64,000 bases of DNA from an uncultured Bacteroidia bacterium (GTDB lineage: Bacteria; Bacteroidota; Bacteroidia; Bacteroidales; F082), in NCBI GenBank assembly GCA_902767725.1, contig CACXIM010000001.1, forward strand, positions 15,443 to 79,442. Direction: 5' to 3'. The translations under genes were made by a program, and so were the position numbers. Each line of letters begins with the position of its first letter. Position 1 is the first letter of the stretch. Shown here in pieces: positions 58,907 to 64,000 of the stretch. The notes beneath the pieces were generated by a model. The model did no database searches, had not been told where the DNA came from, and worked only from the letters and a program-made list of their open reading frames with translations.

Positions 58907-61438
58907 ATGAAAACCTTACGTTATTTTATGCTCATTTTGGCCACTGTAATCAGTGGCTCCATTTTTGCTCAAAAGAGCCAACAAGAGCTGAAACAACTCA
59001 TGCACGAACGCAATGAGTACTATTTCACTTTCAATTTGAACGGCAACGACGACCTCAACACTATCGCCCATACCATTTCCGTGGATCGCATCGACGGCGA
59101 TGTGGTGACAGCCTATGCCAACAGCAATGAATTTGTGGCCTTTCAGAAGCTCGGATACACAATCACCCTTCAAACACCGCCCTCACTGTTGGAGAAAGTC
59201 GCCATGTGGGACGGAAACAACCGCGCCGAATACGACTGGGACAGCTATCCGACTTACGAAGCCTACGAAGCCATGATGTTCCAATTCGCCACCGACCATC
59301 CCGACAAATGCGAAATCATCACCTTGGGAACGTTGCCCAGCAACCGTAAGATTTTGATTGCCCATCTCAACAATGGTTCAGGCGAAGGCAAGCCCAAATT
59401 CCTCTATACTTCTACCATCCACGGTGATGAAACCACGGGCTGGATCCTTATGCTTCGCCTCATCGACTACCTCTTGGAAAACCCCGACGAGCCTGAAGTA
59501 CAGACGGTCATGAACAACATCGACCTTTACATTGGACCCAACACCAACCCCGACGGCACCTATCACGGCGGCAACAACAACGTCAATGGTGCCACTCGCG
59601 CCAACGCCAACGGTGTTGACATGAACCGAAACTATCCAGATCCCCATGGCAATGCTCATCCCGATGGCTATCCCTATCAAACAGAAACCCAATGGTTTAT
59701 GCAACTTGCAGAAGACATACCGTTTGTGATGGGTGCGAATTATCACGGTGGTGCCGAAGTCATGAATTATCCTTGGGACAACACCTATACCCTTCACGCC
59801 GACGATGCCTGGTGGCAATTTGTCTGCCACGAATACGCCGATGAATGCCATAAGGTCAACCCGAACTACATGAACGACTACACTAACGGCATCACCAATG
59901 GCGCTTCTTGGTATATGATCGGAGGAGGACGTCAAGATTATATGAATGGCTATGCCCAATGCCGCGAGGTAACCATCGAGTGCTCAAATCTGAAGACACC
60001 TAACGCTTCCCAACTCCCCAACTTCTGGAATTACAACAAGGCATCCCTCTTCCTTTATATGAACCAATGCCTTTATGGCATTCATGGCATCGTGACTGAT
60101 TCGATTACTGGCGAGCCAATCGAGGCCACCATCACCGTCGCCGACCATGACGACCAATACTCGTTTGTGGAGAGCCACCTGCCCGTTGGCGATTTCCACC
60201 GTCCCATCAAAGGAGGCAGCTACACCATCATCGTCAGCAAGGACGGCTATTGCCCGAAGATGATTGACGTCACCGTAGGCGACCACGAAACTGTTAACCT
60301 CGACGTACAGCTCGTCCCCGGCAGTTGCTTGCTTCCCTACTTCAGTGCCTCAACCACACAAGTCGCCCTTGGAGGAAGCGTCAATTTCACAGACCAATCT
60401 TACGGAGAGATTGTTTCATGGGATTGGACCTTTGAAGGCGGCACTCCAAGCACATCCACACAGCAAAACCCAACTGGAATTGTTTACAACGAAGCTGGCT
60501 CATTCGACGTCAGCCTCACCATTACCGATGCCGATGGCAACAGTGAGACGTTGACCAGAAGTGAATTGATCCTTGCCGCTGAATCATACAACATCCACAA
60601 TGGTTCCGTGCAGACCTGCGATGCCTTATTCTACGACAATGGCGGACCAAACGGCAATTATGGCAACGACAAAGACTACACGATGACCATCTTGCCCGCT
60701 AATGAAGGCAATATGATCCGTGTCAACTTCATCGAATTCAGCACCGAAGCAAATTACGACTACCTGTATATTTACGACGGCACCACAACAGAGTATGCCA
60801 CACTCATCGGCCGCTATGACGGTGCCATTGGACCTGGCGTGGTAACCGCCACCAACGAAACCGGAGCCCTCACCTTCCGCTTCACCTCCGACCGAGGCGT
60901 GAACAGCTTTGGTTGGGTAGCTTCTGTGAATTGTGTCAGCGGCGACCCGCTTAGCATCGAAGTCACTGCCAACCCCGAAGTTATCAACGAAGGCGAAAGC
61001 AGCCAACTCAACGTAATCGCTACTGGAGGCTCAGGCGAATACACCTACATTTGGGAACCGGCAGAAACGCTCAGCAACCCCAACATCGCCAACCCAATAG
61101 CCACCCCTGCAGCACCTGAAACTGCCTATAAAGTCGTTGTGACCGACAGCGAAGGCAACAGTGAAACGGGCGAAGTCACCGTCACCATCAGAGACTGGTC
61201 AGTGTCCGAGGACAGCAGCGGTCCAGTCATTTATCCCAACCCCAGCAACGGCCATTTCACCATCGATGTCAAAGGAAAATACAGCTACAGGCTTTTCAAC
61301 AGCGTCGGTCAACAAGTCATGTCGGGCGAAGGCGAAGGTAAAACCTTGCTAGACGCTTCAAGTTTGAACCCAGGCGTTTATTTCCTGCAACTGACAACTG
61401 ACGGGACGCAAGTCGAAAAAATAGTCATCGAAAAATAA
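58907..61438 (+). CDS. Secreted M14 zinc carboxypeptidase with PKD, CUB-like and T9SS C-terminal sorting domains
   Basis: Signal peptide. HxxE zinc motif (IHGDETTG). PKD-like segment (VNFTDQS...WDWTFEGG...FDVSLTITDADGNS). CUB-like segment (CDALFYDNGGPNGNYGNDKDY...YDYLYIYDG). C-terminal IYPNPSNGHFTI...GVYFLQLTTDG...KIVIEK matches the T9SS type-A CTD. Confidence 0.85.
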   Translation: MKTLRYFMLILATVISGSIFAQKSQQELKQLMHERNEYYFTFNLNGNDDLNTIAHTISVDRIDGDVVTAYANSNEFVAFQKLGYTITLQTPPSLLEKVAMWDGNNRAEYDWDSYPTYEAYEAMMFQFATDHPDKCEIITLGTLPSNRKILIAHLNNGSGEGKPKFLYTSTIHGDETTGWILMLRLIDYLLENPDEPEVQTVMNNIDLYIGPNTNPDGTYHGGNNNVNGATRANANGVDMNRNYPDPHGNAHPDGYPYQTETQWFMQLAEDIPFVMGANYHGGAEVMNYPWDNTYTLHADDAWWQFVCHEYADECHKVNPNYMNDYTNGITNGASWYMIGGGRQDYMNGYAQCREVTIECSNLKTPNASQLPNFWNYNKASLFLYMNQCLYGIHGIVTDSITGEPIEATITVADHDDQYSFVESHLPVGDFHRPIKGGSYTIIVSKDGYCPKMIDVTVGDHETVNLDVQLVPGSCLLPYFSASTTQVALGGSVNFTDQSYGEIVSWDWTFEGGTPSTSTQQNPTGIVYNEAGSFDVSLTITDADGNSETLTRSELILAAESYNIHNGSVQTCDALFYDNGGPNGNYGNDKDYTMTILPANEGNMIRVNFIEFSTEANYDYLYIYDGTTTEYATLIGRYDGAIGPGVVTATNETGALTFRFTSDRGVNSFGWVASVNCVSGDPLSIEVTANPEVINEGESSQLNVIATGGSGEYTYIWEPAETLSNPNIANPIATPAAPETAYKVVVTDSEGNSETGEVTVTIRDWSVSEDSSGPVIYPNPSNGHFTIDVKGKYSYRLFNSVGQQVMSGEGEGKTLLDASSLNPGVYFLQLTTDGTQVEKIVIEK

Positions 61439-61473
61439 TAGCCAAAACCCCACGTTTATAACGCAAAAATGAG

Positions 61474-61481
61474 TAATTTTG
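61474..61481 (+). promoter_or_regulatory. Candidate -7 box (TAATTTTG) for bamD
   Basis: TAATTTTG equals TAnnTTTG and lies 7 nt upstream of the ATG at 61489. Confidence 0.35.
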
Positions 61482-61488
61482 CAGCCCG

Positions 61489-62286
61489 ATGAAAAAGCGA
61501 CTTTTGATATTGGTATTTTTTGGTCTTGTTGTCTTCACTTCGTGCAACGATTTCACCCGACTAGTGAGAAGCACTGACAACGAGATGAAGTACGAGGTGG
61601 CGGTGGACTACTTCGAGCGTGGCGACTACAACCACGCCCTTCAGCTGTTCGACCTGCTTCAAGCCTCGTTCCGCAATACCCCAAAAGGAGAATCAATCAC
61701 TTACAAGACCGCCTATTGTTACTACAATCAAGACGACTACGACATCGCAGGCTACTACTTCAACCGTTTTGTACAGACCTACCCCTTCTCAAAAGACGCC
61801 GAGAAAGCCGCCTACATGAGTGCCTATTGCAGCTATCGGGTCTCTCCTGAATCGGGTTTGGACCAAACCAACACTCATAGTGCCATCAAGCAGTTGAAGA
61901 GCTTCATCGAGCAATACCCGCAAAGCGACAGCCTAACTCGCGCCGAGAAGCTACTGAACGATCTCAACAACAAGTTGGAGGAAAAAGACTACAACATCTG
62001 TAGGCTTTTCTATCGCATGGAAAACTACAGTGCAGCCATCACCTCGTTTGAGAACATGCTGAAGAAATACCCCAACACGCAACACCGCGAGGAGATCCTC
62101 TACGACATGGCCAAGACTTATTACGACTATGCCGAAAACAGCGTCGCCGAAAAACAGCGCGAGCGCTACGAATCATGCGTCGAGCAGTGCAACGCGTTAG
62201 TCTATCTCTACCCGAGTAGCAAGTACTTGCAAGACGTGAACGGCATTGCAGCTAAAGCAAGAAAGAAATTAGAAAACATACAATAA
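61489..62286 (+). CDS. bamD: Outer-membrane protein assembly factor BamD (TPR lipoprotein)
   Basis: Lipoprotein signal (VVFTSCND). TPR-like repeats with YEVAVDYFERGDYNHALQLFD. About 265 aa. The order bamD then rpoZ-like is the order I recall for Bacteroidetes. Confidence 0.75.
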   Translation: MKKRLLILVFFGLVVFTSCNDFTRLVRSTDNEMKYEVAVDYFERGDYNHALQLFDLLQASFRNTPKGESITYKTAYCYYNQDDYDIAGYYFNRFVQTYPFSKDAEKAAYMSAYCSYRVSPESGLDQTNTHSAIKQLKSFIEQYPQSDSLTRAEKLLNDLNNKLEEKDYNICRLFYRMENYSAAITSFENMLKKYPNTQHREEILYDMAKTYYDYAENSVAEKQRERYESCVEQCNALVYLYPSSKYLQDVNGIAAKARKKLENIQ

Positions 62287-62288
62287 CC

Positions 62289-62627
62289 ATGGATTTCAAG
62301 AAGATTAAGACCGAAACGACGGTGGTCACCCGTCAGAAAGACCAATTCTACAAAGGCACAGGCAACATTTATGAGACTGTAGCCATTCTGTCCATCAGAG
62401 CTAATCAAATTGCCTCTGAGATGAAGGCCGAACTCAACGAGAAGATCGAGTCGTTTGCTGCCGCCACCAACGACAGTTTGGAAGAAGTGTTTGAGAACAA
62501 GGAACAGATTGAAATCGCCAAGTTCTATGAGCGTTTGCCCAAGCCCACACTGATCGCCATCCACGAATTCCTGCACGACCAGATCTACTTCCGCAATCCC
62601 GCCAAGGATAGCCAGGACGCCTTCTGA
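62289..62627 (+). CDS. rpoZ: RNA polymerase omega-subunit-like protein (Bacteroidetes long form)
   Basis: GNIYETVAILSIRANQIASEMK resembles the Rpb6/omega core helix motif. 112 aa. Confidence 0.65.
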   Translation: MDFKKIKTETTVVTRQKDQFYKGTGNIYETVAILSIRANQIASEMKAELNEKIESFAAATNDSLEEVFENKEQIEIAKFYERLPKPTLIAIHEFLHDQIYFRNPAKDSQDAF

Positions 62628-62654
62628 TTTGAGAACACCATAAAGGGAGAAGCC

Positions 62655-63572
62655 ATGAAAAGAGTCTTTGCCACACTATTCGTCATCCTTGGATGCCTGC
62701 TGAGTTTCAGCACCTCACAGGCACAAGAGCTACAATGCGACGTGCGTGTCAATTCCAACAAGGTGCAAGGTAGCGACAAGACCATCTACCAAAACCTGCA
62801 GACCGCCCTTTATGAGTTCATCAACAACACAAAATTCACGGACATCAACTTCCGTCAGGGAGAAAAGATTGAGTGCTCCATGCTTGTTGACGTCACCAGC
62901 CGCGAAGGCAACTACTTCACGGCTGAAATCAACTTGGCCTTGCGTCGTCCAGTCTATAAGTCGAGCTACAACACCCCAATGTTCAATTACATCGACCGCA
63001 AGTTCTATTTCGAATACACCGATGGTCAGACGCTCGACTTCAACCCGAACACTTATATCTCCAACATCACGAGTACTATCGGTTTTTACGTCTATCTTTT
63101 CCTCGGCCTCGATTTTGACTCTTTCTCCCTGAATGGTGGTGACCCATTCTTTGCTATTGCAGAGACCATCGCACACACTGCACCGCAAGACCCAGGCTCA
63201 GAGAATGGATGGAGCTCAACCGGACGCCAAAACCGTTATGCCATCATCAGTGACATCAACAACACAACCAATCAACCGTTACGCCAATTCATCTACGACT
63301 ATCATCGCCAAGGTTTGGACTTGATGGCCGAGCAACCCGACAAAGCCCGCGATGCCATATTGAATAGCATCTCACAGCTACAAGTCATCTATGACCGCAA
63401 CCCCATGTGCTATTTCCTCCAATTGCTCATCGAGAGCAAGCGCGACGAAATCATCCAAGTCTTCTCGCAAGGCGACACGAAGATCAGGACTGAAGCTGCC
63501 AACATCATGAAGGCCATCGATCCTTCTCAGACTTCGCGCTATGAAGAAATGTTGCAAAACAAAGGCTTTTAA
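62655..63572 (+). CDS. Conserved secreted protein, DUF4835-like (possibly the T9SS-associated PorD family)
   Basis: Signal peptide (LSFSTSQAQE). Its position between rpoZ-like and recN is where I recall the DUF4835 family in Bacteroidetes. The family name is recalled, not verified. Confidence 0.45.
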   Translation: MKRVFATLFVILGCLLSFSTSQAQELQCDVRVNSNKVQGSDKTIYQNLQTALYEFINNTKFTDINFRQGEKIECSMLVDVTSREGNYFTAEINLALRRPVYKSSYNTPMFNYIDRKFYFEYTDGQTLDFNPNTYISNITSTIGFYVYLFLGLDFDSFSLNGGDPFFAIAETIAHTAPQDPGSENGWSSTGRQNRYAIISDINNTTNQPLRQFIYDYHRQGLDLMAEQPDKARDAILNSISQLQVIYDRNPMCYFLQLLIESKRDEIIQVFSQGDTKIRTEAANIMKAIDPSQTSRYEEMLQNKGF

Positions 63573-63587
63573 CCCTTCTTCTTTCTT

Positions 63588-64000
63588 ATGCTCCAGCAAC
63601 TGCACATCAGCAATTACGCCTTGATTGACGAACTGAGTGTCAGCTTTGAATCTGGTTTTAACGTCATCACGGGCGAAACTGGCGCAGGCAAATCCATCTT
63701 ACTCGGTGCCTTGGGCTTTGCCTTGGGCGACCGTGCCGACACCAACGTGCTTTACGACAAAGACAAGAAATGTGTGGTAGAAGCCACTTTTTCGTTGACC
63801 GATGATGCGCTAAGACCCCTTTTTGAGGAAAACGACCTCGACTTTGAAACCGAGTGCATCTTCCGTCGCGAACTCAACCCACAGAAGAAGAGCAGGGCTT
63901 TCATCAACGACACGCCTGTGGCCTTACAGACCATGAAAGAAATCGGTTGTCAGCTCGTCGACATCCACTCGCAACACGACTCCCTCCTACTCACTGATGC
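63588..64000 (+). CDS. recN: DNA repair protein RecN (5' part, runs off the window)
   Basis: ATG at 63588. MLQQLHISNYALIDELSVSFESGFNVITGETGAGKSILLGAL is the RecN N-terminal Walker A region. The frame stays open to the window end. Confidence 0.85.
   Translation, partial: MLQQLHISNYALIDELSVSFESGFNVITGETGAGKSILLGALGFALGDRADTNVLYDKDKKCVVEATFSLTDDALRPLFEENDLDFETECIFRRELNPQKKSRAFINDTPVALQTMKEIGCQLVDIHSQHDSLLLTD

Noticed and set aside
1-64000. Search for tRNA, rRNA, tmRNA, riboswitch or CRISPR features in all spacers longer than 50 bp.
   Set aside because: No cloverleaf-compatible sequence (for example a GTTCGAATC-type T-arm with a matching acceptor stem), rRNA-like stretch or spacer-repeat array was seen. 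The spacer upstream of dapA (84 nt) is too short for a lysine riboswitch. This was a by-eye scan, so tRNAscan-SE/Infernal should confirm it.

Overview
This is a 64-kb chromosomal window from a Bacteroidota genome. Gene content, T9SS components, a GT3-type glycogen synthase and recurrent TAnnTTTG -7 promoter boxes suggest Bacteroidales, probably Prevotellaceae. That assignment is inference; no search was run. I call 56 protein-coding genes. I found no rRNA, tRNA, CRISPR array, transposase or integrase. Layout: (i) 0.1-3.3 kb holds a lipoprotein-TPR/TM/HTH regulator and an NfeD-SPFH pair. (ii) 3.4-12.3 kb holds an alpha-glucan operon: a 1408-aa glycogen synthase (GT3)-phosphorylase (GT35) fusion, GH57, GT4 and a debranching-type enzyme. 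(iii) 12.4-17.0 kb holds the M3 peptidase Dcp and a patatin/Omp85-barrel phospholipase. (iv) 17.1-48.3 kb holds a 31-gene surface-polysaccharide locus, all on the minus strand. It combines Wza/Wzc/PHP-phosphatase with a split Wzm/Wzt ABC exporter, about 10 glycosyltransferases and several sugar-modification cassettes. (v) 48.3-64 kb holds housekeeping genes: lutA-like, aroA, aroB, tsaE, porX, an HD hydrolase, an AT-rich ORFan, a thioesterase, an MBL hydrolase, dapA, a T9SS-sorted M14 carboxypeptidase, bamD, rpoZ-like, DUF4835-like and the recN 5' part. The non-coding DNA contains at least four short repeat families. One palindromic family also lies in frame inside aroA and across the 5' end of aroB. 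I found no clear defence, toxin or mobile system. The best candidates for something undescribed are the two modification cassettes in the polysaccharide locus (FkbH-like/DUF354/MaoC/LbH, and DegT/ATP-grasp/DegT-like/SDR), the synthase-phosphorylase fusion, the coding-region-invading palindromic elements, and the octamer arrays abutting two start codons. All functional calls rest on motif recognition by eye and need HMM/BLAST confirmation. The ORF track uses alternative start codons, so several starts were moved to in-frame ATGs supported by stop/start overlaps.
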